Shown here piece by piece: positions 20,156 through 32,059 of a stretch of 64,000 nucleotides of DNA. Below the pieces are notes generated by a model. The model worked only from the letters and a program-made list of their open reading frames with translations. It searched no databases and was not told where the DNA came from. The stretch is from NCBI GenBank assembly GCA_013416795.1, contig RQSC01000009.1, positions 99,146 through 163,145 of the forward strand. The letters run 5' to 3'. Source of the stretch: Prasinococcaceae sp. CCMP 1430 (Eukaryota; Plantae; Prasinodermophyta). A program made the position numbers and the translations under genes. Within the stretch, counting starts at the first letter, position 1; each line of letters opens with the position of its first letter.

Positions 20156-22363
20156 TTACGCGAGATAGTTATAGATGTTTGAGTTCTCGCGGTCGCGCTC
20201 CAGGTATTCGCGGTCGATCAGCGACTCGATCCTCTTCTTGCAATCGGAGTTCTTGACCGGAAACTTCAGCTGGATCATGAGTTCCGAGATGAGCAGCTGA
20301 TGCGAGAGCGTCTTCCGGGTCTTCATGATGCGCACGATGGCAGCGTCCACCTGGTACTGGCGGTCGGCGAAGACGCGCTCATTCGTGGCCGCGTTCTCCT
20401 CGACCGTCTCCTTCAGCTGGATGGCATTGATTTTGATGCGCATCTGCGGGGACGTGAAGTCGGCGTTGAAGTGGAACATGTCGCCGTCCTCCACGTCGCG
20501 CCCCTTGGGCTCCTTGCGGAGCACGCGCACCTTGCCGCACGCGAGGCTCTGTAGTGTGCGCCGCAGCTCCTTGTCTTGCAGGCGCGTCCCCGCCGCAATG
20601 TCCTCGAGAGAGAGCGCATCGCTGTCATTGAAGAGCATGAGCACCACCGCCTGGAAGAGGCTCACCTGCAGCTCCTTCTTGCTGCCCTTGGGAAAGTGCG
20701 CCTGCAGCACGCACTGGCCGAGAGCGTTCTGCCAGACGAGCCGCCGGCCGGAGTGCTTCTCAAGGTAGAACTCGCGGAAAATGTCCTGGTACTGCGTGAG
20801 CTGCGTGGGCAGCGACACCTCCATGAGGGGATAGGTGGGCCAGAAGCCCATGGTGAGCACATGCACGGTCATCGCGTCCTTGGGCATCTTCTTGGCGTGC
20901 GCGCTGTCGCGGAACGCCGCCATGATGTCCGTGGAGATGTCGATGTCCTTGAACATGCCCTCGAGCTTGGCGGTGTACATCGAGCCGCACTCAGCCTTCA
21001 GCTTGGCGATCATGCTCTTTTCGGCGTCGATGCTCGCGCTCTTGCCCAGCAGCAATCGCTTGGCCAGATCCTTCTTGAAGAAGGCCTCGAAAACGTCCTT
21101 GCCCTGCAGGTAGCGGAAGAGGGTGAGAGCGCGCTCGAGGATGGCCTCCAGCTCCTCGTCACTGGCGCCCTTGTTGCCCGAGCGCAGCGTCTGGTCGACG
21201 AACTTGGCTACCAGCTCGGCCGGCCGCGAGCCGCGCATGTTGATGAAGGCCTCGAAGGCCTCCTTGAGCGCGTTGGCGAACGCCGGCGCCGACGCGAACG
21301 CCTGCTCCAGCACGGCGTCGAGCTTGGCCTTGAGGGCCAGCAGCGACTCCACCAATGTGGCGTCCGCTTTGTCGTCCATGACGATGGACTGCCCCCGCCG
21401 CTTGATGTAGCTTGACCAGCACACCCGCAGCTGCGCGTGGGCCTCCACGCGCCCCATCAGCGTGAACAGGCGCGCGAGATCCTCGCGCCTGTCGTCGTCG
21501 CCCAGCTGATCGAAGCCCTTTTCCAACACGGCGTCGACGTGCACCTGCAGCAGTTGCCTCTCCACCTTGGGCACCAGCTGCTTGCGCGTGGCGGGGTCCA
21601 GGTAGTGTGCGCAGCGCTCGCCCTCCTCGCGCAAGCGGCCCTCGCAGTGCAGCAGGTACGCGGGGACGTCAGCGGCGGCGAGCTGCCTCGAGGACTCGGC
21701 CGCGTAGAACTCCTCGCTCGCCGCCAGGAACGGCCTCTCGAACGCGCGCGGGTAGGTCCCCAGCTCTCGGAACATGCCCAGCAGGCTCTTCAGCAGCGAG
21801 CGGTCCACTGTCTCCCCACCGCGCTCCGCCTCGATCACGCGCAGCGCACCGGCCACCGCCCGCTGCTCGACCTCCGGGCGCCCACACAGGTGTTGCCGGA
21901 AGAAAGAGAGGCCCATCTCCCACAGCGACTTGACGCCGTTCGACTGAATGACGTACGTGCGGTCCAGGTACAGAAAGATGGAGCGGATGGTGAGCATCTG
22001 TTCGCAGTGGTCCGCCCACGCGGCCGCCATCGCGCGCAGGAAGGCGGAGTGGTCGGGGCTCGCCCCCTCTAGGGCAGCCATGACCCCCCCGATGTGTGCA
22101 TCCACCGCCACGCCCAGTCTTGTGTACAGCGTCGGCGCGAAGCTGTGCAGGCAGAGGTCCTCGACCGCGCGGTACAGCTCCTCGTAGGACGCTGCGACGG
22201 GCCGCTTGCCGTGCACCGCGGCGACGGCGAGCTGGAGTCGCGCCCAAGTGTCCTCGGCGAAGTTTTCGGGCAGCTTGGGCTTGGCTCGCAGCGGTTTGAT
22301 CTTCAGCGTCTTCACGGGCGCGCCGTTCGCCTTGCGCGCGAGCTGCGCCCCGCCGCCCATCAT
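20156..22363 (-). CDS. CUL4: Cullin-4
   Basis: KPKLPENFAEDTWARL N-terminus, DVFEAFFKKDLAKRLLLGKSASIDAEKSM, and the neddylation domain DRQYQVDAAIVRIMKTRKTL...YNYLA. No introns. Confidence 0.95.
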   Translation of the reverse strand: MMGGGAQLARKANGAPVKTLKIKPLRAKPKLPENFAEDTWARLQLAVAAVHGKRPVAASYEELYRAVEDLCLHSFAPTLYTRLGVAVDAHIGGVMAALEGASPDHSAFLRAMAAAWADHCEQMLTIRSIFLYLDRTYVIQSNGVKSLWEMGLSFFRQHLCGRPEVEQRAVAGALRVIEAERGGETVDRSLLKSLLGMFRELGTYPRAFERPFLAASEEFYAAESSRQLAAADVPAYLLHCEGRLREEGERCAHYLDPATRKQLVPKVERQLLQVHVDAVLEKGFDQLGDDDRREDLARLFTLMGRVEAHAQLRVCWSSYIKRRGQSIVMDDKADATLVESLLALKAKLDAVLEQAFASAPAFANALKEAFEAFINMRGSRPAELVAKFVDQTLRSGNKGASDEELEAILERALTLFRYLQGKDVFEAFFKKDLAKRLLLGKSASIDAEKSMIAKLKAECGSMYTAKLEGMFKDIDISTDIMAAFRDSAHAKKMPKDAMTVHVLTMGFWPTYPLMEVSLPTQLTQYQDIFREFYLEKHSGRRLVWQNALGQCVLQAHFPKGSKKELQVSLFQAVVLMLFNDSDALSLEDIAAGTRLQDKELRRTLQSLACGKVRVLRKEPKGRDVEDGDMFHFNADFTSPQMRIKINAIQLKETVEENAATNERVFADRQYQVDAAIVRIMKTRKTLSHQLLISELMIQLKFPVKNSDCKKRIESLIDREYLERDRENSNIYNYLA

Positions 22364-23119
22364 GGCGCCCCCCCCCCCACACACACTCACCCCGGTCACC
22401 CCGCCGCCGTCACCGTGCTTCGAAAGTGCGGCCGCCTCCGCACCGCGCCCGCCGCCGCCGCCGCCGCGCGACCCGGCGGTGTGGCAGCGCGCGCGCGCGC
22501 GCGGCCAATGCCCGCGCGCGCGCGCGCCTTTGAGGTTACACCCCCAAACCTCAACATCAAATGTCAGATATAATAGCATACAGTTATAAACCCTTTCAAC
22601 GCCCGTCCCGCCGGGCGCGCCTTTTCGAAACGCGCCGCCGCCGAAATCCGTCGGCGGGCCGATCGGCCCCGGGGGCGCGCGCGCGCGCCCCGGATCTGAC
22701 CCGTGACAATCGCCGCGCGGACCCGGCCGGCGCCAGAGCCCGACCCGGGGATACCGCAGAACAGACCCGGAGTCGGCGCGCGCGCGACTCGACTCGCTCT
22801 CGCTCTCTCTCGCGCGCGTCCGCTTCGATGTCCGCCGACCAATCTCCCCGGCGAGGGCGCGCATGCCGAGAAAAAGACCCGAAATCGTCGCGACGCGTGC
22901 GCATCTGAGGCACGAGACAGGCGCATTGACCGAAGATCTGATTTGAATTTGCGGACGCGCAGCGGCAAGCGTCCGGTGCCGACCGATGCCCGATCCGCTC
23001 GGCGCGCTGCAGTGCGGCGCCACAGGCCTCGCGGGCGCGCGGCGTCCCGGCCAAGGACGCGGCACGAGCGGGCGCAGGGGGGCGTCGCGCGCGCGGCTGG
23101 AGCGTCGCGCGGGGCGGGG

Positions 23120-24400
23120 ATGGCGCTTATGACAACGCGCACCCTCGAANNNNNNNNNNNNNNNNNNNNNNNNNNNNNNNNNNNNNNNNNNNNNNNNNNN
23201 NNNNNNNNNNNNNNNNNNNNNNNNNNNNNNNNNNNNNNNNNNNNNNNNNNNNNNNNNNNNNNNNNNNNNNNNNNNNNNNNNNNNNNNNNNNNNNNNNNNN
23301 NNNNNNNNNNNNNNNNNNNNNNNNNNNNNNNNNNNNNNNNNNNNNNNNNNNNNNNNNNNNNNNNNNNNNNNNNNNNNNNNNNNNNNNNNNNNNNNNNNNN
23401 NNNNNNNNNNNNNNNNNNNNNNNNNNNNNNNNNNNNNNNNNNNNNNNNNNNNNNNNNNNNNNNNNNNNNNNNNNNNNNNNNNNNNNNNNNNNNNNNNNNN
23501 NNNNNNNNNNNNNNNNNNNNNNNNNNNNNNNNNNNNNNNNNNNNNNNNNNNNNNNNNNNNNNNNNNNNNNNNNNNNNNNNNNNNNNNNNNNNNNNNNNNN
23601 NNNNNNNNNNNNNNNNNNNNNNNNNNNNNNNNNNNNNNNNNNNNNNNNNNNNNNNCGTGGCGGCCCGAGCTGGCGCTCGGGCCTCGGGCGACGCGCTCGC
23701 TGCGCGCGACCGGCTGCTTGACGCAGTTGAGGGCACGCGGCGCGGGGCAGCGACCACGCCCGCCGCGCGCGCGGCCATCGAGGAGGCCGTGGACGAGCTC
23801 GAGCGCCTCGGCAAGGGGAAGACGTACACTGGCGCCGAGCTGAGCGCCGCATGGCGGCTAGTGTGGACGACCGAGAAGGAGACGCTTTGGCTGCTAGAGA
23901 ATGGCGGGCTCTTCGGCACGGCGGCGGGCGAGAGGTACGAGGGCGCGTCGATGCCCAGTGGGGGCGTGGTTTGGTCGTGCTGGTGCATGCGCACGGGTGT
24001 GTGTGAGGGTGGGGGTTACGGTGTGCAGCGCGCGCGTGCTCGAATATGCGCGTGGCTGCTGACGCAGGTGCATACGCGGTCTTGCTCCACTAGCTACCAA
24101 GTGATTGACGTGGAGGCCGGCAGCCTGAACAACATAATCACGTTTCCGCCGGGGGGGCTGTTCAACGTCGACAGCGACATAAGCGCGGACGGCGCGCAGC
24201 GCACCAACTTCCAGTTCACGGCGGCCGCGCTCACCGTCGGCGAGCCCTTCCCGCTTCTCGGTGGGAGGACCTTCAACCTTCCCCCGAAGGGCCAAGGGTG
24301 GTTCGACACCGTGTACATGGACGAGAGGATACGAGTCGCGAAGGACATCCGCGGGGACACGCTGGTGGTGGAGCGCTCGGACTACGTGATCCCGAAATAG
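23120..24400 (+). CDS. PAP/fibrillin family protein (contains an N-gap; in-frame intron 23935-24093)
   Basis: LLDAVEGTRRG...IEEAVDELE...LSAAWRLVWTTEKE...GWFDTVYMDERIRVAKDIRGDTLVVER. Confidence 0.85.
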   Translation: MALMTTRTLEXXXXXXXXXXXXXXXXXXXXXXXXXXXXXXXXXXXXXXXXXXXXXXXXXXXXXXXXXXXXXXXXXXXXXXXXXXXXXXXXXXXXXXXXXXXXXXXXXXXXXXXXXXXXXXXXXXXXXXXXXXXXXXXXXXXXXXXXXXXXXXXXXXXXXXXXXXXXXXXXXXXXXXXXXVAARAGARASGDALAARDRLLDAVEGTRRGAATTPAARAAIEEAVDELERLGKGKTYTGAELSAAWRLVWTTEKETLWLLENGGLFGTAAGERYEGASMPSGGVVWSCWCMRTGVCEGGGYGVQRARARICAWLLTQVHTRSCSTSYQVIDVEAGSLNNIITFPPGGLFNVDSDISADGAQRTNFQFTAAALTVGEPFPLLGGRTFNLPPKGQGWFDTVYMDERIRVAKDIRGDTLVVERSDYVIPK

Positions 24401-24618
24401 TAGCGGCGCGGCGTGGCGCAACGTGGTGCTGAGCTCGCGGACGGTGTAGGCAGTGAGCAGTGTCAAGCTACCAGTACAGCGATGTGTTAGCCATGTACAT
24501 CGGTGGCCCGCGCGACGCTCGAACGCGTGCGCGAGCGCGCAGGGCTCACGCTAAATGTGATGAGTGGGTGGGCGGGAGCGCCGTGGCTTCATGCGCTCCC
24601 GTGCGCGCCTCACTGCGC

Positions 24619-25586
24619 TCACTCGCACGACTCGACGAACTTCCTGCGCATGGTCCGCACGAAGCCCGCGAAGTTGTTGCCGCCCATCAGATCCGTCAGA
24701 AGCTGCGCGGCGCCCTCCACCGGCGGCGTGCACTCCTTGAGCGTGTACGAGTTGTCATCGTGCACGTGCAGCGAGAACGAGAACTCACGGTCATGGTCCG
24801 CGGGGTCGATCAGCGTGAAGATGAGCTTGAGCGTGTCGTCTCCGTACTCAAAGCGCAGTCCCAGCCGCTGCCTGTAGAGGTCAACGCAGCGCTTTACCGC
24901 GTCGAGCTTGCCCTGCTTGATGGCGCGCGACTCTTGAACTGAGCGCTCCTCATCCGCCGCCTTGGACTTCTGTGCATCGACCTCGCTACGCAGGGCGTCC
25001 ACCTGCACTGGTAGCGCAGCTGCCTGCGCGTGCACTGCCGCGAGCTCGCTCGCCAGGCGCGACTCCGTTGTTTGCTGCTGCTCCAGAGTGCGCGCCGTCT
25101 CGGCGGCCTTCACCTGGAGCTCGCCCTCGCGCTCTTGCAGCTGCGCGATAGCGGCTGCGCGTGGTTGTGGTTGTATTGTGGGGAGCGCGGGCAAATGGAG
25201 CACGTGTCAGCCATGCGGCGCGGCCGTGCTTGCCCGCTTGCGCTCGAGAGCTAACAACGGAGCGGCGCGTGCCCGCGCGCTCTGTTTCCAGCCCGGGCCC
25301 CGCCGCCCGCCGCGTCGCTGCGCACGCCCGGCCCCGCTCGCGCGCGCGCGTCACCCTCACCGTTGGCATCGTGCACGCGCTTGACGTGTGCCTTCTTGGC
25401 GTCCTCGACGGCGGTGAGCTGCGCCGTCGCCCACGCGTCGAACTCGCCGCGCGTGAGGTGGAAGATCAGGAGGCCAAGCTCGGCCGCGCTCTTCGCAAGA
25501 GCCGTCGCCGCTGCCGCCGCCGCTGCCGCCGCTGCGCCCGGCACGCGCGCTCGCACCTTGATCTTCGTCAGCGTGGCCGCGCTCAT
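24619..25586 (-). CDS. SPC25: NDC80-complex subunit SPC25 (intron 25360-25155; a further in-frame intron near the 5' end is possible)
   Basis: Coiled coil followed by YRQRLGLRFE...LKLIFTLIDPADHDREFSFSLHV...YTLKECTPPV...NNFAGFVRTMRRKF, the SPC25 RWD-like domain. Confidence 0.88.
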
Positions 25587-26234
25587 TGTCAGCGGCGGGG
25601 GATTGGACGCCGCGCGCGCTCCCGCTCAAGAGGAGAGGGGGGGGGAGGAGGCGCGCGCGGCGCCGCCCGCGCGCGGTGTGGTGGTCGGGCGGCGGCGGCC
25701 ACCAGCCAGCCCGCTGCAGCTGCGGGTCGCCGCATCGCCGCATTCTCGCGGACCGCAGCCGAAATGCGCATCCGCGCGAATCCGCACATATGAGATCGCA
25801 TCCGAACGCGCCCGCGGTCGCCGCCTTCCCGCAGAACAAAAACAAAAACAAAAACAGATCTGATCGAAAGCGAGCCCCGCTTGCCCCTTTTTTCCAGGTG
25901 CTCGCGCGAACACATTCTGTAAAATCTAAATCTAAATCCGGGTGCGCGGCGGGGGGGCCTCATCGGCCGACCCGACCCTTCGGGCGTCGGGCGCCGCGGC
26001 GAAAGCTTCGGCGCGGTTTCGCAACCGGGTAGACCCGCAGGCGGCGCCGCAGCGGCTTTGCGGATTTGATGACCGCATTTCCGCGGGTTTCTGCCGCGGC
26101 GGCCGCGGGCGGGGCGGCGGCTGGGGCGATGGGCCGCGCTCGGTCGGAGAGTTTCGGACAGTGCTGGGTTTGGGCTCCGGCTGGGCTGAGCCGGCCCCGG
26201 CGGCGCGCCCGCGCGAGCGTGCGATGCGGCGGCA

Positions 26235-29010
26235 ATGGTAGCGCGATGGAAGCTCTCGCTGGCGCGCGGGCGAGCGGGCGAGCGGCCGCAAGAGGGCACG
26301 CCGCGGAAGCGCGGGCGCGACGGAGGCGGCGACGTCGGTGTGGACGCGGCCGCGCTTCGGGGAGCGCGCGAGACTTCGCCCGATCAGTCGGTCGAGCCGT
26401 TCCAGTCGCTCGAGCCGTTCCAGTCGCTCGAGCCGTCTTGCTCGCCCGAGAAGGCATGCGCGCCCTCGCGGCCGCGCTCGCGAGCGGGCGAGGAGCTGCC
26501 GGTGTGTGCGCCGGCGCCGGCGTGCGAGGCATTCGCGCACTCGCATGAGCCCGGATGGTCACAGCAGGTGGCCGACAGCGACGAGTCCGAGCATGCTGCT
26601 TCACCAGGCGTCGAAGAAGAGGTGCGCGAGCCGGAGCGCGACCTCCCGCTGGAGAAACAGCCCTACCCACCGTCCTCATGTCCCGTATGCGGCGAGGCGG
26701 TGGCGCACGGCGCTGCCGGAGAAGCCCACATCGCCGCGTGTCTTGCCAGATGCTGGGCAGGCGACAATTCAGATGAGGACGTCGGCGGCGGGCCAGCGAA
26801 GCGATGCGGAGAGGACGGCGCGAAAGGGGGGGGTGAGGACCTCACGGGAGCATTGGAAAGGCAGCGTGGGGGTGGATCTGGCGATGAGTTCAACAGGGAG
26901 GACGACGATCCGGGCTGCCAATGGGAGGACGACGACGAGTGGCCTGCCATCGAGGAATACTTCAGCCAGCATCCGAATGCGAGCGGAGCGGGCGGCGGGG
27001 GCGCGGCCGGTGACCAGCGTGGCGATAGCGATGAGTCAGATGAGGAGTCGCCTTTTCCCGACGACGATGTTGATGAGCTCATGCGCGAGGTAGCAGGCGA
27101 TGGTGCGATGAATGAGGACGCGGATGCCGGCGCCTCAGAGGGTGCGCTGGAACTTCGTCCGCGGCCTCTGCACGACGCCGGCGGTGACCAGGAGCTCACA
27201 CCGACGCACGCGCACGTGCACGAGGGCGCATCGTGCGTGTCCGATGAGGTCGTGGCGTTGTTGTACGGAGCGGGCCTGGAAGATCACGTAGGCGCATTCG
27301 TTCGCGAAGAGATTTGCATGCTGTCACTGCCGCTACTATCGGAGGCTGACTTCCTCGAGCTGGGTGTCACTGACAAGGGCGCGCGGGCGATACTGCGCGG
27401 CCTTGTGCGAGAGAGGGACAGGGCGATGCCTACGCTTCCTCGAGCCGCTGATGCGTCAAGCGGCGCTGGTGCGGTCGGCGGGCACTGGGGTCGTCGCGCG
27501 GGCGGGACTGTTTGCGCGCGGGAGAGCGCGACCGCGCCGTCACCCGACGCAGCCGCGTCTCGCCGCACTCGCATCACGGACTTCTTCGCGAATCCCCGTG
27601 CGCCGCGCACCAAGCGGGCACGCGCAGAGCACATCACGGCGTACTTTGCAACGGAGAGTGGGCGCACGCTGCCACCTCCGCCTGCGCGCGACACGCCTGC
27701 TGCCACCGGCGCGACCGCTGGTCGGAGCAAGGGCAGGCGCGGCGGCAATGGCAGCAACAAGGGCGACGGCAGCAACAAGGGCGACGGCAGCAAGCAGACC
27801 AAGACAAAATTCGACGGCGAGCCACCACCGTCAGTGCGCGTGCCTGGCACGAGTATCCTCGTCGATGGCTTCAGATATCGCTCCGTGCCGTGCTCGAACT
27901 ACATCCTGACGCATTTCCACGCGGACCACTACGTCGGGCTCACCAAGCACATGGCGTGGTGCTCCAAGGAGTCGGTGGTATGGTGCACGCCAATCACGGC
28001 TGCTCTGGTGCACGCGCGCATTGGCACACCACGCGAGCGGCTGCGCGTGCTCGCGGTGGGAAAGAGCGCCGATATCGAAGGCCACCGCGTGACCTTCGTG
28101 GACGCCAACCACTGCCCGGGCGCAGTCATGGTCCACGTGCAGCTCAAGGGCGGCGGCTGCGTCCTGCACACGGGCGACTGTCGATGGGATGGCGCGCGCA
28201 TGCCGGCTATTCTGAGCGCGCTGCCGCCCGCGCAGACGCTCGTGCTCGACACGACGTATTGCAACCCGCAGTATACGTTTCCACCGCAGGCAGAGGTTAT
28301 CGACTTCGTCGAGAAGGCTGTTAAGGCCGAGGCCTTCAATGGAGGTGCGCGCGCGAGAGAGAGAGCACTGCCACGCAAATCGACGAGGCTCGCACAGCGC
28401 CGGCTCGCTTCCCCCGCGCTCTTCTCCAGCTTCTCGTGCAACAGGCGCCCTGGCTAATTCGCGCATTTCCTCGCGGTCTTTATCACCACGCTGCGACCCT
28501 GTTGTAGGTCAAACGCTCTTTCTGATTGGAAGTTACTCCATTGGCAAGGAGCGTCTCTACCTTGAGCTCGCGCGGAGGCTAAACACCAAGGTGTACGTCT
28601 CGCCGACCAAGCTCGCCACGCTCAAGCTGCTGGGGCTGACGCCCCCGTACTTGCGCCTATTGACCACCGATGACAAGCAGGCACGCATACACATAGTGCC
28701 GCTGTGGAAGCTCACAGCGAAGAACATGCGTGCGATCGCAAAGTACTACAAGATGCGCTTCAAGGTGGTCGTCGGCTTCGCGCCCACCGGCTGGTCGCAG
28801 GGCGGGCCAAGCAAGACCACGCGCGGCATCGGCAGCAAGTCGAGCTGGTCGAAGGGAACGCTGGTCAAGTACAGCGTGCCGTACAGCGAGCACTCGTCTT
28901 TCGACGAGCTGCGGCAGCTCGTGCGCTTTGTTAATCCGGCTCGCATCGTGCCGCACGTGTTTGGTGGCGCGTCGGCCGACGACATGGTCGACATGCTTCG
29001 AGGATCGTGA
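26235..29010 (+). CDS. SNM1: SNM1/PSO2 (DCLRE1A-like) crosslink-repair nuclease with UBZ-like zinc finger and SAM domain (intron 28345-28507)
   Basis: CPVCG..H..C zinc finger, SAM-like LEDHVGAFVREEICMLSLPLLSEADFLELGV, MBL motifs LTHFHADHYVGL, DANHCPGA and LHTGDCR, and beta-CASP VPYSEHSSFDEL. Confidence 0.9.
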
Positions 29011-29068
29011 GGCGAGACGCCATCTCTTAATAAGTAATATACATGTACGCGACGATAAGCAGTCTCTC

Positions 29069-30429
29069 TCAGTCGTCCTGGATGCCACACACCATATTGG
29101 CGGGGACAGCCACGTCGAGCTTCTTGGGGTAGGCCAGGCCGAGGTTGTCCATGAGGTCACAGAATGCGGCCTTGTCTTTCGTCAGGCGCGGATTAAAGAG
29201 CTCCTCGTCGCGGACGCACGTGACGTTCCGCCCCTTGTAGTCGTGCGCAGGGAAGAGCGCCGTGTCGCCATGGAGCGTCAGGACGCGCGCGTGCACGCCG
29301 TCGTACAGGTCCGCCGGGCTGCCCTGCTGGAAGTCGGTCCTGCGAGTGCGCGCGTGCGCGGGCGCGTGCGCGAACGCACGCACAGAGCGGGGGTCAGCAC
29401 GCGAGCTCGCGCGCTCGCCGCTGCGCGAGACGAGCCGACGCGTCGCGCGCTCGCGTCGCGCGCGCACCTCCCACAGCCGCGGACCAGGACGGCGTCGCCC
29501 GTGAACGCGAGCTTTCCCAACACATATGTCACGCATCCGTTCGTGTGGCCCGGGGTCGCGACGTTCGCGAGCTCGAACTTGCCGAACTTGATCTTGTCCT
29601 CGGGTGTGATGAGAACGTCCGCCTTGGCGCCGCTGGCTTTCGCGATCACCGACCTGAGCCCTGGCACGCGCTTCTTGAGCTCGCCGGTGCCGGTGATGTG
29701 ATCGGCGTGGCAGTGCGTGTTGAGCGCGTACTTGAGCTCGAGGCCGAGCGATGCGACGACCCGCAGGTCGCGATCGACCTGCTCGAGGACGGGGTCGATC
29801 AGGACGGCCTCCTTGCTCGTCCTGTCGGCCAGCAGGTAGGTGTACGTGCTCGAGCCGCCGCCCTCAGGCGCGGGGCCGTCGAACATCTGCCGGAAGATCA
29901 GGTCGGCGTCCGCAGCCGCGGCCGCGGGCGCTGCCTCGCAGAGCGCGCGGTCGCCCAGCTCGCGGCGCAACCACGCCACGAGGGGATGGACGGGCTTGCC
30001 CTCCTCGGCGTCGGCACCGGGGCTCGTACCCGCGGTCACGTTGAGGTCCATGTCGCGCCCCAGCTGCAGCGCGGCGTCCGCGTTGTACCCGTGCCTATCG
30101 GCGAGCGCGAGGAGCAGCGCCGCCGAGGACCGCGTCGCCGTGGAGCACTGGATCATGCACGGGCGAGGCAGCTCGCGCAGCACGCGGCGCAGGTCGTCGG
30201 CGCACTCGGCGGTGAGGCCCGCCGGGAGCATGACGGGGACGCACGCGTACTGCACGCCCGCGGCTGTCACAGCGTCCTTAGGGCAGCCCTCCGCACCCTC
30301 GGGATTCAAGAAGAGCCACGACCTGTACTGCCCCTTGAGCGCATCGACCTGCGCCGCAGACAGCGCGCCGCACAGGTGCACGTCGGCCGGCACCGCCGGC
30401 CGCTGCACGCCGTCCTCGCCGGTCGGCAT
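29069..30429 (-). CDS. ETHE1: Persulfide dioxygenase (ETHE1-type) with a fused N-terminal DUF442/Blh-like Cys domain (exons 30429-29468, 29339-29069)
   Basis: LIFRQMFD...[10 protein letters not shown]...[11 protein letters not shown]...TPGHT...[12 protein letters not shown]|RTDFQQG. The N-terminal domain carries [11 protein letters not shown]. Confidence 0.88.
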
Positions 30430-31599
30430 ATCGCGCGCACGCGCGCCGCCCACGCGATCGCCGCCCCCCCCACTCCCGCACCTAGCGGCGGCGGCGGCGC
30501 CAAGCAGAGGCTCCTCGCGGCGGCCACCGGTGTGGTTCGCACTGTGCGCGCCACGCCCGCGCGCGCGCGCGCGGCCGCAGGCGATGCAGTGCTGTGGGCG
30601 GCGTGCATGGTCTCAATCGCACTTTGCGTCGCCATGCGCGCGCCTGTCGCGTCGCCGGTGGCCGTGCACTGGGCCGCAGCCGTGGCTGCAGCGTGCACAG
30701 CGGGGGCGAGCGCAGGAAGGCGACGCGAGGTGCTCTTATCGGAGGTTCAGCTGCCTCGAGGGCCGCGGCTGCGCGCGTGCGTGGTGCCCGCGATTGGCGA
30801 TGCCGCAGAGACGCTCGCGTGCGTTCTCGCGGCAGCGGTTACCGCCGCGACCGCGCGCGCGACGCTGCCGGCGGCAGCACGTGCCGCCGCCGCCGCCCGA
30901 ACCGCGCCCTCCCGAGCAGGGCAACCCTCAGCATGCGACGCCAGCCGCGCCCGAGCGCGCGCTGTGGCGCCCTTCTTCCCCCTGCCGCCACCACCCACCG
31001 CGCCAGCAGTGAGCGCGCTCGCATGTCGCGCAGTACGCACTCGCTGCCCGCGCATGCGTTTTGACCTGATAACGTGAGCAATCCAGAGGCATCACGCGAC
31101 GCCACACGTTGCCTTTGGGGTTTAGGCTGCGGCGGTCCGTTGCCGGAGTTAGGGGTCGGACAAATTCGAGATCGATCGAGATTCGAAATGACGTGGACGT
31201 GTGATTAGGGTTCATTGTTTGATAGGGTTTGGTTCATACCTGGCGCGGCATGCGGGCCGGAGCGCGGCGGCGTTTCGTCGGCGAAGGCTCCTCGTGGTGC
31301 GCGGCGGCGGCCAATAAATATGAAGCATGTGCCACCGTTCGGTTTGACCTGAGCCATCACAAATGCATGCGCCGGCGCATGCCGCGCGCGACGCATGTGA
31401 TGTTGTTGCTGACTGCTTCTGAGGACGCCGGTGGACACAAAGTACGCCTCCACCGAGTCTGGTTCGGGCTCGGCGAGAGGCGGATGGAAGACGATGCCCA
31501 CGCCATCATCGCGTGTCATCGACTCTGCATGGTCGGCCCACTTCAGGAAGTCGACGAGCGGGCAGGACGAGAGCTGCGGTGCCTCTCGAGCCAGCCACT

Positions 31600-31967
31600 C
31601 GAGCAGCGGCTCGTGGTTCTGGGCGGGATGGGTGGATGTGGATGAAAAGTGGTTCTACCGTCTTGAGCACATGGGTGGGCCGCGCATAGAGTACTACCCA
31701 ACGCTCGCGGCCATCCCGAGTGTCAGCACAAGCAAGTCGCGTATTGCGAAGGTGAGTGCGCGCGACGCGCGCCCCTCGAGCGCGCGCACGTCCGCGCTGA
31801 CACGCGCGTGGTGCTCGCCCCTAACATCATGTTGAAAAAAACTTGCTTACTGCGACGCAATGGTGGATGTGTTCATTGCCGAGTAGGTTGCGGCCCTCGG
31901 CGATCGCTACGTGGCATTCAAGTTTGATCGAGCTAACGCCCTCGCCCACCCTTCGTGCTTCCACAAG
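31600..31967 (+). mobile_element. Probable Tc1/mariner (plant MLE-like) transposase relic interrupted by a spliceosomal intron
   Basis: VDVDEKWFY...SKSRIAK resembles the plant/oomycete mariner motifs HVDEKWFY and SKRFITKVMF. Intron 31752-31886 has a GTGAGT donor and GCTGAC branch. No TIRs identified. Confidence 0.45.
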
Positions 31968-32020
31968 GTACGGCGCCGGCACATCACTTTGCGTGCGGGG
32001 GGGGGGGGGGGGGGGGGGGN

Positions 32021-32059
<39 letters not shown>

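Noticed and set aside
26393-27795. 18-bp tandem repeats in SNM1 (EPFQSL at about 26393; GSNKGD at about 27750)
   Set aside because: Ordinary slippage duplications in disordered coding linkers, not a CRISPR-like or mobile array.
30460-31077. Ala-rich + strand frame between ETHE1 and the telo-box island
   Set aside because: No recognisable domain or convincing gene structure; left unannotated.
31997-32058. Poly-G run with an internal N that makes the supplied 1748-aa ORF start at 31843
   Set aside because: Artefactual join; FANCD2 similarity begins only near 32590.
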